Of a DNA stretch of 64,000 nucleotides, positions 36,641 to 46,378 are shown one piece after another (within the stretch, counting starts at the first letter, position 1; the number at the start of each line of letters is the position of its first letter). The notes beneath the pieces were generated by a model, which searched no databases, was not told the DNA's origin, and saw only the letters and a list, made by a program, of their open reading frames with translations. The stretch spans positions 3,526 through 67,525 of the forward strand of contig JAQTQS010000001.1 in assembly GCA_028712125.1 (NCBI GenBank), read 5' to 3'. The translations under genes were made by a program, and so were the position numbers. The DNA comes from Candidatus Altiarchaeota archaeon (GTDB lineage Archaea > Altiarchaeota > Altiarchaeia > IMC4 > SCGC-AAA252-I15).

Positions 36641-37578
36641 TTGAACACCTCCAGTAGTATGGTTACCGAAGAGAGGAAGAACACCATTGCGAACAGGCCG
36701 GGCAGGCTGAACAGCCTGAACTTGGCGAGCGAAGACTCGAAAAGCCCGACAAGGACCGAAAGGAGCGAAGCCTTCGCTATGAACAGAACCGCGGCGACGA
36801 TAATGCCGCCTGCGGCAAGCCCTTGCGACAGCCCGAACGGGAGGAGGATGTTGATGAGTATGCCCATCAGGAGCGTCTGCTTGAGCGCGTGCGCAACTTC
36901 CATCAGCGCAAGGTCGCGTCCCGAGTACTCGAGGAGCATCGCCTCGTGTATCATCGTCAGCTCGAGGTGGGTTTCGGGGTTGTCTATGGGAATGCGCGCG
37001 GTCTCAACGATGAGGATGAGGAACAGCGACACCGAGATGAGGACGACTGCCGGATTTAGGAAGGGCACTGAGGAAGACGTCCTCTCGAACATCTCGTGTA
37101 TGCTCGTGGTGTTGAGCGTGAACGCGAGGGCTGCAAAGGCGATGATAGTTATCGGCTCGATTACCGCGGAAATGCTCATCTCCCGCGAGCTCCCCATGCC
37201 CCCGAACGTGCTGCCGGCGTCCAAACCCGCGAGGGCCATGAAGAACCTCCCGGCCGCAAGGTTGTATTTCAGCAGTATGATCTTGCCGATGCCCGCCATC
37301 GGCGATGGTATGAACAGGAATGGGACGAAGAGTGTTGCGGCCAGCGTCGACGATATGACGATATAAGGCGTCGCCCGCATGAGCCACGACGAGTTGGAGG
37401 AGTACACGCGCTCCTTTCGGAAAAGCTTCGCGATGATGTAGTAGAATTGGAGCAGCGGCGGACCCTGCCGGCCCTGGGTGAACGCCTTCACCTTCTTTAT
37501 CATGCTTACGAACAGCGGCGAGAATGCGAGCGCGAACGCCGTGTTGACTAGCGCATAGGCGATGAAGGAGTGGTTCAT
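36637..37578 (-). CDS. hyfC: HyfC/NuoH-like membrane subunit
   Basis: GRQGPPLLQ, FGGMGSSRE, ETARIPIDNPETHLELTMIHEAMLLEYSG. Confidence 0.88.
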   Translation of the reverse strand: MNHSFIAYALVNTAFALAFSPLFVSMIKKVKAFTQGRQGPPLLQFYYIIAKLFRKERVYSSNSSWLMRATPYIVISSTLAATLFVPFLFIPSPMAGIGKIILLKYNLAAGRFFMALAGLDAGSTFGGMGSSREMSISAVIEPITIIAFAALAFTLNTTSIHEMFERTSSSVPFLNPAVVLISVSLFLILIVETARIPIDNPETHLELTMIHEAMLLEYSGRDLALMEVAHALKQTLLMGILINILLPFGLSQGLAAGGIIVAAVLFIAKASLLSVLVGLFESSLAKFRLFSLPGLFAMVFFLSSVTILLEVFK

Positions 37579-39518
37579 GCGTACCACCCCAGTATCACGA
37601 TGAACAATACCACCGCTATGAAGCTGTAGGCGATGTAGGAGTCGAGGCTCCCGTTCTCAAGCCGGTTGAACGCCTTTGAAACCAATTCCCCGAGACGCGC
37701 GACCGGCAGGTACAGATACTCCTCGAAGAAGCGCATGAGCTTGATTTCGCCCCTGCCCGAGCGGAAGATTACCTTGTGGAGGTCGTAGAACAGATTGTGG
37801 CTTTCCTTTTTGGTATGGTAAATGGGCTTGAAAATAGTGACGACCGGCTCTGAAAAACCGGAAGCGGTATACTCCATGCGGCTGTCCTGCGAGAGAATGC
37901 CGCAGCCCCACGTCTCGGCTACCCTCGACGCGTTGTTAGAGAAAACGCGGACAAATAAATAGACCACTGCAAATGACGCAAGCATGAGCAGCCCTATTAC
38001 GAGCATGTCAGGCATGGGCACATTAAATCCGGCAAGCGCGAAAAGCTGCGGGGAAAACAAACCGAGCAGCGCGCACGACAATGCAAGAACCAGCGGCCCG
38101 GCGAGCATCGGCAACGGAGCTTCCACCGCCTTTTTCGCGCACTCGGACCTCGGGGCTGCGAGGAAGGTTATCCCGAACGCCTTGACAAAGCAGGCTGCGG
38201 CCAGCGCGCTGGTGAGCGCGAAAGCCGAAAGGCAGAGCATCATCACAAGCTGGATTACCTTGCTGCCGATGAGGTACGACTGCAACAGGGCCTGGAATAT
38301 CAACAGCTCGCTTGCGAAACCGTTGAACGGCGGCAGAGCTGATATCGAGACTGAACCTACGAGGAAGAACAGCGCGGTGTAAGGCATGCGCCTTGCGAGC
38401 CCGCCCATCTCCTCGATGTTCCGCGTCTTCGCGGCCTCGACGACCGAGCCGGCAGTAAGGAAAAGAAGGCTCTTGAAGACCGCATGGTTCAGCACGTGGA
38501 AGAGCGAGCCTGCGAGCGCGAGGAATGCGATTTCAGGAAGGCCGTAGCTCCGAAAGAGTATGCATGCGCCAAAGCCGATGAGTATGATACCGATGTTCTC
38601 TATGCTGTGGTACGCGAGCAGCCTTTTGATGTCGTGCTCCTTGAGCGCGTATATCACCCCGAGGAACGCTGAAACGGTGCCGGCAAGCAGTATGAACGTG
38701 CCCCACCACGAATCCGGCGCAAGGACGTCCAGGACGAAGCGCATCAGGCCGTAGACCGCAACCTTTATCATCACGCCGGACATCAACGCCGAGATGTTGG
38801 AAGGACTTGCGGGATGCGCATAAGGCAGCCACTTGTGGAAGGGTATGACGCCGGCCTTAACCCCGAAGCCGGCGAACAAAAGCAGGAAGACAACAGTCAT
38901 GACGCGCGAACTTAGATAAGGCATGGGCTGGATTGCGAACGAGCCGCTGTGGCCGTAAAGCATGAGGAAAGCCGCAAGCAGGAACACGGTGGAAAGCTGC
39001 GTCATCACGAAATAGAATATGCCGGCCCTTCGGGATTCAGGCTTCTCATAGTCATAGACCACCAGCAGGAAGGATGCGAGCGACATCGCCTCCCAGAAGA
39101 ACATGAAGGAGAACGTGTTGTCGGACGCGACGACAAGAATCATGGACAAGACGAATACGCTCAGGAGAGAAGCCAGCACGCTCTTGCGCTTCTCATGAAC
39201 GCCGTGCTCCGCATAAGCGATGGAATACACGCCGACGCAACCCGACACAAAAGAAATCGCCAGCATGAAAAAGGCCGAAAGGCGGTCCACGAAAAAAGAC
39301 AAACCAAAGCCGGGCAGCATCCCAAAACCGGGCAAACGCAAACCCAAATTGCCGTACAAAACCAAGGCCGAAAACGCGAACATCAAAACAGAACCTGCAA
39401 CCGCGAACAGGAAGGACATGCTCCGCGACACCCTGCCGCCCAAACGGCCGAAAACCAGCGGCCAAGCTGACCCAAGCAAAAGCAAAGCAAGACTTGCGTA
39501 AAAAAGGAATGAAAGCAT
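37575..39518 (-). CDS. hyfB: HyfB-like antiporter-type membrane subunit
   Basis: FWEAMSL, KAGVIPFHKWLPYAHPASPS, KRLLAYHSIENIG, LPPFNGFASE. Confidence 0.88.
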   Translation of the reverse strand: MLSFLFYASLALLLLGSAWPLVFGRLGGRVSRSMSFLFAVAGSVLMFAFSALVLYGNLGLRLPGFGMLPGFGLSFFVDRLSAFFMLAISFVSGCVGVYSIAYAEHGVHEKRKSVLASLLSVFVLSMILVVASDNTFSFMFFWEAMSLASFLLVVYDYEKPESRRAGIFYFVMTQLSTVFLLAAFLMLYGHSGSFAIQPMPYLSSRVMTVVFLLLFAGFGVKAGVIPFHKWLPYAHPASPSNISALMSGVMIKVAVYGLMRFVLDVLAPDSWWGTFILLAGTVSAFLGVIYALKEHDIKRLLAYHSIENIGIILIGFGACILFRSYGLPEIAFLALAGSLFHVLNHAVFKSLLFLTAGSVVEAAKTRNIEEMGGLARRMPYTALFFLVGSVSISALPPFNGFASELLIFQALLQSYLIGSKVIQLVMMLCLSAFALTSALAAACFVKAFGITFLAAPRSECAKKAVEAPLPMLAGPLVLALSCALLGLFSPQLFALAGFNVPMPDMLVIGLLMLASFAVVYLFVRVFSNNASRVAETWGCGILSQDSRMEYTASGFSEPVVTIFKPIYHTKKESHNLFYDLHKVIFRSGRGEIKLMRFFEEYLYLPVARLGELVSKAFNRLENGSLDSYIAYSFIAVVLFIVILGWYA

Positions 39519-39887
39519 TTTAACACCAACGGAAATTATCTAGGAGCATGCAAGACGAAAGGGCGAGGCACAAGGGATCTACGGCAAACGCTGGAACAGA
39601 CGCCCGACTGCGGGCGTAAAAAGCTTCCCGGACAACAACAACTGCTTACGATTTCCATGCAACGCGCCTTCGATACCCTGCTTAAACTCCCATACGGAAT
39701 TTAATTCTAATCAATAGGGGTTATTCGCTTAAAAAGGTCTAACCAGACAATAAAAAATACCATTCATACCGCATACGGGAGCACCAATGATTAATGTTCC
39801 CTGAGCACTTTCATACATCTTGGATTCAAGGTACTCTTGAAAAGACTAATTTAAACTTAACTACTCGTCTGCCCCCAGGTCTTAGAT

Positions 39888-40220
39888 TCATCTCATAATA
39901 TTACCAAGGGATATGAGGACAATTAACGACCAAACAAACGAGGTCATAAAACAAGATAAAATACCTCCAACAATAGCTCTCTTTAATATTCTATTAAAAT
40001 TGTAATCAGTGATGAGAGATATCAAAAATGAAAATGAAAAGATAATGCCAACAAGGTTACCTGGGAATACATCAATGAGACCACCTAAATCTTTTTCTAT
40101 ATAATATGAGAATAAACCAGACAGGAATATAAAGTACGTCAAAGCAACTCCTACTAGGATTGCCAATATAGAGTATTTATCCTCCTCTTTTCCTTTTGTA
40201 TTACTTTGTTTATTGTTCAT
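39888..40220 (-). CDS. Small AT-rich membrane protein
   Basis: Three hydrophobic segments. Confidence 0.55.
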   Translation of the reverse strand: MNNKQSNTKGKEEDKYSILAILVGVALTYFIFLSGLFSYYIEKDLGGLIDVFPGNLVGIIFSFSFLISLITDYNFNRILKRAIVGGILSCFMTSFVWSLIVLISLGNIMR

Positions 40221-40253
40221 AGTCAGACTGTGCTGCTCCAAGGTTTAATCGCA

Positions 40254-41390
40254 TCATCCTTCGTATCCCTTGTCCAATGCCGCCTCTATGAGCGTCTCAT
40301 CCAGTTGTTCTTCTATCTTTTTTACTGTCGCAAGGTCTGCCTTTGTTTCCGGGTGCTGCGGGAGGAGGAAGTTGCAGCAGTCGGTGTATTGTTGTATCGA
40401 GGTTTCGTATGTCCCGATTTTGTTCGCGATGTCTATGATTTCCCTTTTGTCAAATCCTGCGAGCGGCCGTATCGTCAGCACGCCTGCCGCTTCGTCTATG
40501 ACGTTGAGGTTGTCGAGGGTTTGTGATGCAACCTGGCCGATGTTGTCGCCGGTGACTATCGCCTTTGCGCCGGTTTTATGGCATAGCCTGCTTGCTATTC
40601 GCATGAAGATTCTTCTTAGCAATATTATGCGGTATTTGGACTGGGCGTTCATGACGAGGTCTTTTTCGATTTTACCTGTCGGTATGTAGAGTAGCTTTAT
40701 GGATGGGTGGTATGCCGCAAGCTTTTCCTGGAGTTCCTGGATTTTGCCCGGCTTTGGGTTTTTCTCGTCGTGGATGAAATGTAGTAATGTCACGTCGCAG
40801 CCGCGCTTTAAGGCAAGGTAGGCCGCTACTGGGCTGTCTATGCCGCCTGAGAAAAGGCATAATACTTTCCCTGAGACTCCGACCGGCAGGCCGCCGACGC
40901 CCTCGATTCTATGCGTATGGATGTAGGCGCCGTCCTTGGCCAGGTCGATACCGATGTCGAGTTCCGCGCCCCTGAGCCTGACAGTGCAGCCGGTCTCATC
41001 TTTGAGGTATCCGCCGACGGTGTTGTTGACTTCTACTGAAGTCATCCTGAATGTCTTGTCAAGCCTGCCTGCCGTAACCCTGAAGGAAGAGGGTTTCACA
41101 TCCCGGATTATTTCAAGAGCGGCAGCCTTGATGTCCTCAAGAGCCGGCCGTATCTTCAATGCGGGACTGGCTGACGTCACGCCGAACACACGGGCCGCGG
41201 ATGATGCTGCATTAGGGTTTTTGGCGTTAAGGACGAAGCGTCCTGAAATGCGCTCAATCGTGCATTCGCCGATGCCGTCTCTCTCAAGCATTTTTTTGAT
41301 GTTGTCTTTCAGCCTTCGTTCGAACATGCCCTTGTTGCCGCCCTTGAGGGCTATCTCGCCGTACCTGACGAGAACGCACGACTGCTCCAT
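40254..41390 (-). CDS. thiI: tRNA 4-thiouridine synthase ThiI
   Basis: VRYGEIALKG, THUMP domain, SGGIDSPVA, TGDNIGQVASQTL; ATG at 41390. Confidence 0.95.
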   Translation of the reverse strand: MEQSCVLVRYGEIALKGGNKGMFERRLKDNIKKMLERDGIGECTIERISGRFVLNAKNPNAASSAARVFGVTSASPALKIRPALEDIKAAALEIIRDVKPSSFRVTAGRLDKTFRMTSVEVNNTVGGYLKDETGCTVRLRGAELDIGIDLAKDGAYIHTHRIEGVGGLPVGVSGKVLCLFSGGIDSPVAAYLALKRGCDVTLLHFIHDEKNPKPGKIQELQEKLAAYHPSIKLLYIPTGKIEKDLVMNAQSKYRIILLRRIFMRIASRLCHKTGAKAIVTGDNIGQVASQTLDNLNVIDEAAGVLTIRPLAGFDKREIIDIANKIGTYETSIQQYTDCCNFLLPQHPETKADLATVKKIEEQLDETLIEAALDKGYEG

Positions 41391-41432
41391 TGGTACTGTT
41401 ATTTTTCTTTGTTGCTTTTTAATAGTATCCTG

Positions 41433-41948
41433 ATGGCAAGAGGGGGGAATCCCAATCCACGGCCGCCTTCCAGCGGGGGCATTCCGTCGGGCGAGAGCCT
41501 GTGGCTGCCTTCGCACTACGGCAGGGACGTTAAAGCGAAGGGGGGTTTGGACAAGACCGTGTTCTGGAACGTTTCGGACGTCTTGGACTTCATTTTTCCG
41601 AAAAAGTACCAGCCGACCTACCATGCGGTCTCCTGCAAGCTGATGGATTTAATATTGACGAAGGGCTATGTAGGCAAGAAGGACATCGGCAAGTTCATGA
41701 AGGACAACGCGGTCAGCAAGTCCACGCTGGAGAACAAGGTCATACCCAAGCTCGTAAGGCTCGGATTGCTGAAGCGCGAACGGGAGTTCAAGGCGGGCCT
41801 TGGCAAGGGGCGGGGGCTGGTCTTGTCCGAGTCTTTGACTTTCACGGCGTATCTGGACAGGGTGGGGTTCGCGTGGAACATGCTCGTATCGACAGCCCGG
41901 AAGAGGAAGCAGGATGACGCGATGGAGGGGCAACAGCTCACTCTTTAG
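41433..41948 (+). CDS. Winged-helix-like protein, paralog of the island triad
   Basis: LDFIFP, TLENKVIPKLVRLGLLKRERE, FTAYLDRVGFAW. Confidence 0.75.
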   Translation: MARGGNPNPRPPSSGGIPSGESLWLPSHYGRDVKAKGGLDKTVFWNVSDVLDFIFPKKYQPTYHAVSCKLMDLILTKGYVGKKDIGKFMKDNAVSKSTLENKVIPKLVRLGLLKREREFKAGLGKGRGLVLSESLTFTAYLDRVGFAWNMLVSTARKRKQDDAMEGQQLTL

Positions 41949-42543
41949 AATCTCCGCTCTTTTTCAGCTTGCTGATTCTCGCCTCAAGCTCGATTAATTC
42001 CTTCTGTTTCTGGGTCATGATTTCGCCGTAGCTGTTTTCGTCTATCTCGCCGCTTACGCGCTTGCGCTTGGTTATTTGTATGATATCGTCTATGTCGCGC
42101 TTTTTCGCATCAAGCACGGTAAGATCGGACGCCGCGGATTTTCGTATCGTGGACTCAAGCCGGTCCCAGTACAATCGCTTGGTATACTGCTCGCGCATGG
42201 TGGCCTTGGAGTCCTCGGCGACCTTCTGCGAGCTCACGGCGGCAATCTCGCTTTTTTCGGGTATCTTCTTTGCCGGCTCGATGTGCTCCTCGTGCATGCT
42301 GACGTATTCCGCAAGCTTGCTCTTGTAACGCGCAGCCTCCTCTTTCAGGCGCAGATTATCCTTCTGCAGCTTGTAGGAGTACGCGAACAACAGGATAAGA
42401 AGCAGCCCGACCGCGGCTACGGGGAGCATGCCCGGCGGGATGGAAGACATGACGGCTTCCGGGTCCAATGCGCTCACACTGCCGGCAAATGCGATGGACA
42501 GGAACGGCAACGACAGTATATGCGTAATGTTATGCCTCATCAT
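41938..42543 (-). CDS. Membrane-anchored coiled-coil protein
   Basis: Signal/TM segments followed by a charged helical region. Confidence 0.7.
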   Translation of the reverse strand: MMRHNITHILSLPFLSIAFAGSVSALDPEAVMSSIPPGMLPVAAVGLLLILLFAYSYKLQKDNLRLKEEAARYKSKLAEYVSMHEEHIEPAKKIPEKSEIAAVSSQKVAEDSKATMREQYTKRLYWDRLESTIRKSAASDLTVLDAKKRDIDDIIQITKRKRVSGEIDENSYGEIMTQKQKELIELEARISKLKKSGDSKE

Positions 42544-42863
42544 TGCTGCGGCTCGGATGTCTCAGCCGGCTCCCTGCGGTCTTCCGATGCCTTGTCAAGC
42601 TGCCGGACCAATCCCTCAAGCTCGTGCGCTATGTCCATTCCCTTGTCGGTCAGCTCGACGATTTTAGTCCGGCCCTCCTTCTTGAAGCGCACTACGCCGA
42701 ACTCCTGCATCTGGTTCAGTACTTTTAGTATGTGAGTGTAGGTGCAGTTGGTCTCCTTGGCGAGTACCGACGCGTATTTGCCCTTCGAACCCTTCAGGCT
42801 TAGAATGACGCCTGCCGGCTTTTCATGGAGTATCAGATTCGCCATGCCCTTTATTGCTTCCAT
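42540..42863 (-). CDS. Winged-helix (MarR-like) DNA-binding protein
   Basis: YASVLAKETNCTYTHILKVL...KEGRTKIVELTDKG. Confidence 0.85.
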   Translation of the reverse strand: MEAIKGMANLILHEKPAGVILSLKGSKGKYASVLAKETNCTYTHILKVLNQMQEFGVVRFKKEGRTKIVELTDKGMDIAHELEGLVRQLDKASEDRREPAETSEPQQ

Positions 42864-42892
42864 TTTTATTTAATCGGGATATTACTTGCGCC

Positions 42893-43036
42893 TCACGAGC
42901 CTCTGGCCTGCTTGCTGCCGGGCTTTTCAACGGCCGCATCTTCCTGCGGCGTTATGTTGATGACTGCCGGCATGTGCTTCCTGTGCTTCTTGAAGAAGCG
43001 CGTTTCTATGCACCGCTCGACTGTCGGACTTTTCAA
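42893..43036 (-). CDS. Small hypothetical protein (47 aa)
   Basis: GGAGG then TTG start just after the rpoL stop; MKSPTVERCIETRFFKKHRKHMPAVINITPQEDAAVEKPGSKQARGS. Confidence 0.45.
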   Translation of the reverse strand: MKSPTVERCIETRFFKKHRKHMPAVINITPQEDAAVEKPGSKQARGS

Positions 43037-43038
43037 TT

Positions 43039-43302
43039 TCAGCCTCCCTTAAGGCCTTTTAGGAGCTCTTTCTTGATTTCTTCCCAGTCGCCCTCGATTG
43101 TGTTTATCGCTTTTTTGAGTTTTTTAATCGGGTCTTCCCCTGCGATATGGAGCCGGTAGCCCGGGAACAGCGGGTGTTTTTCGTAGACGTAGGCGTCCAC
43201 GCCCCCCTTGGAGAGTTCCTTGACGAGGACTGCGGGCAGAGTCTTGTCGTCGAATTCTATTTCAACAACGTCTTTTTTGTTTTCAATTATCTTTATTTCC
43301 AT
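43039..43302 (-). CDS. rpoL: DNA-directed RNA polymerase subunit L (Rpo11)
   Basis: MEIKIIE...DDKTL...YEKHPL...DPIKKLKKA; conserved csl4-rpoL order. Confidence 0.85.
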   Translation of the reverse strand: MEIKIIENKKDVVEIEFDDKTLPAVLVKELSKGGVDAYVYEKHPLFPGYRLHIAGEDPIKKLKKAINTIEGDWEEIKKELLKGLKGG

Positions 43303-43315
43303 TTCATGTCCCCCG

Positions 43316-43864
43316 TTAGAGTTGTGCGACGTTTCCGTAGTCTGCCGCGATTTTGCGCTTTTCCTTGTGCTTGCAGGACGGGCATTCCATGTTGATGTCG
43401 TCCTTCTTCTCCAGCGGCGTCCGGCATACCCTGCAGAACGCCTTTACGACGCCAAAGTCGCCCCGTGTCTCGATGTCCACGAGGTCGTTGTCTATCTTCA
43501 GGATTCTGGCTTTGACTATGTCGCCGATGCCGAACATCTCCTCGACCTTCTCGACGTAGCTGTTCGAGACGTTCGAGACGTAAAGGCCCGTCTTGAACTC
43601 GATTGACTCCTTAAGGCCTTCTATCTTGGATACGATGACGTTGACCATGTTCTTGCGCGCTCCCTGGACTTCGCCGAATACGATTTGGCCGGGCTTTATG
43701 TCGGGCATGGGTTTCCCCTTTACTGCGACGCTGTGCCTGTCCGGGTCCATTATCTTCTCGCCTATTACGGCCGCGTATATCTTCCCGTCTTCGGTGTATG
43801 TTCCGTCTCCTGCGAGGTATTCTTCTGTCGTTCCTAGGTAGTCCCCTATCAGTGTCTTGTCCAT
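43316..43864 (-). CDS. csl4: Exosome complex component Csl4
   Basis: EEYLAGDGTY, S1 domain GDIVKAR, CRVC..CPSC..EKRKIA. Confidence 0.93.
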   Translation of the reverse strand: MDKTLIGDYLGTTEEYLAGDGTYTEDGKIYAAVIGEKIMDPDRHSVAVKGKPMPDIKPGQIVFGEVQGARKNMVNVIVSKIEGLKESIEFKTGLYVSNVSNSYVEKVEEMFGIGDIVKARILKIDNDLVDIETRGDFGVVKAFCRVCRTPLEKKDDINMECPSCKHKEKRKIAADYGNVAQL

Positions 43865-43937
43865 TCTGTGGAATAATACATGGATTATGCGTTTAAAAAA
43901 AGTTTTATGATGTAGATATTACAGTATATAGGAGGCT

Positions 43938-45182
43938 TCAGGTCCCTTCTTCCCAGCCGGAAAGATACTCCTTCTGCCTTGCAGTAAGCGAGTCAATCCG
44001 GATGCCCATGGTCGCAAGCTTCATCTTCGCAACCAGGGAATCAATCTCAACAGGCACGGGATAAACGCCGGGAGCAAGCTTATTCTTGTTTATATACGCA
44101 CAAGACAACGCCTGGTCGGCAAAACTCATGTCCATCACCTCGGAAGGATGGCCTTCGGCTGCCGCAAGGTTTACAAGCCTTCCTTCGGCAAGCAGGTAAA
44201 TCCTCTTTCCGCCCTTCAGCGTGTACATGACTACGTTATCCCGCATGACTTTTTTTCCGGCTGAAAGCTTCTCCAAATCCGGGACGACTATTTCCACGTT
44301 GAAATGACCGGAATTCGCAAGTACCGCGCCGTCCTTCATTTTCCTGATATGCCGCTCGCAGATGATGTCAATGTCGCCCGTGGCGGTGATGAAAATGTCG
44401 CCTATGCTGCTGGCCGAATCCATCGGCATGACACGGTAGCCGTCCATCGCGGCCTGCAATGCCTTGACCGGGTCGACCTCGCAGACGATGACGTTCGCGC
44501 CCATGCCCTGCGAGCGCATCGCAATGCCCTTCCCGCACCACCCGTAGCCGGCCACGACCACGGTCTTGCCCGAGAACAGTATGTTGGTAGACCGCAATAT
44601 GCCGTCGAGCGTGGACTGGCCCGTGCCGTAATGGTTGTCGAACATGTGCTTGGTGTCGGCGTCGTTGGTCGCTATGACCGCGTATTCCAAGGCGTTGTCT
44701 TTTTCCATGGCGCGCAGTCGGATGACGCCGGTAGTGGTCTCTTCACAGCCGCCCTTCACCACGGACAGAAGCTCGCGACGGTGCTTGTGTATCGTGAAAA
44801 CCAAGTCCCCGCCGTCGTCAATCGTAATCTGCGGCTTATGGTCGAGCACCTTGTTCAGGTTCTCGTAATACTCCTTGGCAGACTGGCCCCGCCAGGCGTA
44901 TACGTCGACGCCCTCCTTCGCAAGGGCTGCCGCAACGTCGTCCTGCGTGGAGAGCGGGTTGCATCCGGCTATGGCGACCCTCGCCCCGCCGGCGACTAGA
45001 GTGCGCACAAGGACTGCAGTCTCCTTTGTGACGTGCAACGCGAAACCGACCGTGACGCCTCTGAGAGGCTTCTTGGCCGTAAACTGCTTCCTGATTTCCA
45101 TCAAGACCGGCATGTGGCTTTCGGCCCAGTCGACCTTCAGCGCGCCCTGAGCGGCCAGCCTGATGTCCTTTACTTTGCTCAT
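43938..45182 (-). CDS. ahcY: Adenosylhomocysteinase
   Basis: [42 protein letters not shown]. Confidence 0.97.
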   Translation of the reverse strand: MSKVKDIRLAAQGALKVDWAESHMPVLMEIRKQFTAKKPLRGVTVGFALHVTKETAVLVRTLVAGGARVAIAGCNPLSTQDDVAAALAKEGVDVYAWRGQSAKEYYENLNKVLDHKPQITIDDGGDLVFTIHKHRRELLSVVKGGCEETTTGVIRLRAMEKDNALEYAVIATNDADTKHMFDNHYGTGQSTLDGILRSTNILFSGKTVVVAGYGWCGKGIAMRSQGMGANVIVCEVDPVKALQAAMDGYRVMPMDSASSIGDIFITATGDIDIICERHIRKMKDGAVLANSGHFNVEIVVPDLEKLSAGKKVMRDNVVMYTLKGGKRIYLLAEGRLVNLAAAEGHPSEVMDMSFADQALSCAYINKNKLAPGVYPVPVEIDSLVAKMKLATMGIRIDSLTARQKEYLSGWEEGT

Positions 45183-45280
45183 GTTGAGAACGAGAATACT
45201 ATGCGATTTGCGCAATAAAACATCTGTCGCTATCTGGCAATCGCTTGTTTAAAACGCGAAATTCACAGTAGTATTCAGAA

Positions 45281-45793
45281 ATGAGCGACATGGCAAAACC
45301 GCCTTTAATCACATTCCGAAGTGTCGGGAGTAAGGACCTTACGCGCCTCAACGAAATCGTGAATCACCCGCAGGTGGCCCGTTTTCTAAACCTGATACCG
45401 CCGGTGTCAATGAAGTCAACGGTGGAATTCTACGAGCAATGCAAAAAAGGCAACGCACTGCTTTACGCAATCATCGTCAACGGCATCCTTGCCGGCTCGG
45501 TCTGCCTTACGCCCCGGAAAAAAGACGGCAAGCAGGCCCACGTCGCGGAATTCGGAATAAGCATCGATAGGGAGTGCTGGGGCATGGGCGCAGGCGCTAA
45601 GGCGATAGACAGGATTATTTCGGAAGGCAGGAAGCGGGGAATCAAACGCGTCGAATTCGAAGTCGTGGCCGGCAATACCCGGGCCTTAAGGCTCTACCGC
45701 AGGAAAGGCTTCAAAGAGGAAGGCGTGAAGGAAAAGTCCTTCAAAATCAACGGCCGCTATCACGACACGCTCGTAATGGCAATGCTCCTCTGA
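45281..45793 (+). CDS. GNAT (RimJ/RimL-like) acetyltransferase
   Basis: WGMGAG, NTRALRLYRRKGFKEEG. Confidence 0.9.
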   Translation: MSDMAKPPLITFRSVGSKDLTRLNEIVNHPQVARFLNLIPPVSMKSTVEFYEQCKKGNALLYAIIVNGILAGSVCLTPRKKDGKQAHVAEFGISIDRECWGMGAGAKAIDRIISEGRKRGIKRVEFEVVAGNTRALRLYRRKGFKEEGVKEKSFKINGRYHDTLVMAMLL

Positions 45794-45835
45794 AAAGCCA
45801 GGACCGATGATACGAGCGCCTGACGCCCGATAAAG

Positions 45836-46210
45836 TCAACCGCACGAGCCGACGGGGCCCGTCCTCCTCGTGCGGCACGTCTCGATGATGGATACCTCAT
45901 CATCGCTGGATAATTGAGGCCTCTTGGCATGCCCGGCCAAACCGCTTTCGTTCGCAGGGACTGTTCCCTCGAGGATGTGGTAAATCGAACCGGAGTCTTC
46001 GACAATCAATGACGCGCCTGGCACGACAAGGAGCTCGTCGCCCTCGCGATGGATGTAAAGCTCTATAAGGCAGTCCTTCCCGAACTCCACAAAGGAGACG
46101 TCAAGCCCGACCACGCTCCCGCGGCGCAGCTCTCCGGCCGCAACCGCCTTGTCGGTCAGCTCCTCGGGAATGCCCTTCACATACCTAATCTTCTTCACCA
46201 ATACACGCAT
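45836..46210 (-). CDS. Hypothetical protein
   Basis: SD-like GAGGTGG before ATG at 46210. Confidence 0.5.
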   Translation of the reverse strand: MRVLVKKIRYVKGIPEELTDKAVAAGELRRGSVVGLDVSFVEFGKDCLIELYIHREGDELLVVPGASLIVEDSGSIYHILEGTVPANESGLAGHAKRPQLSSDDEVSIIETCRTRRTGPVGSCG

Positions 46211-46378
46211 CTTAAAACCACCTCTCAAAAAAAATGAAGTAATGAATTTGACGACTTAGTATAAAAATCAAAGAAAGGATTTTGCTTTGTTTCAAAATTC
46301 GGAGGGTCTGCGGGACTATTTATTGCAGGTTCTTTAATCATGAAGCCAAATGGGTAATCAGAGGGTTTGTTTCAAACG

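Noticed and set aside
41391-41624. Extended ThiI N-terminus
   Set aside because: Overlaps the divergent gene; homology starts at MEQSCVLVRYGE
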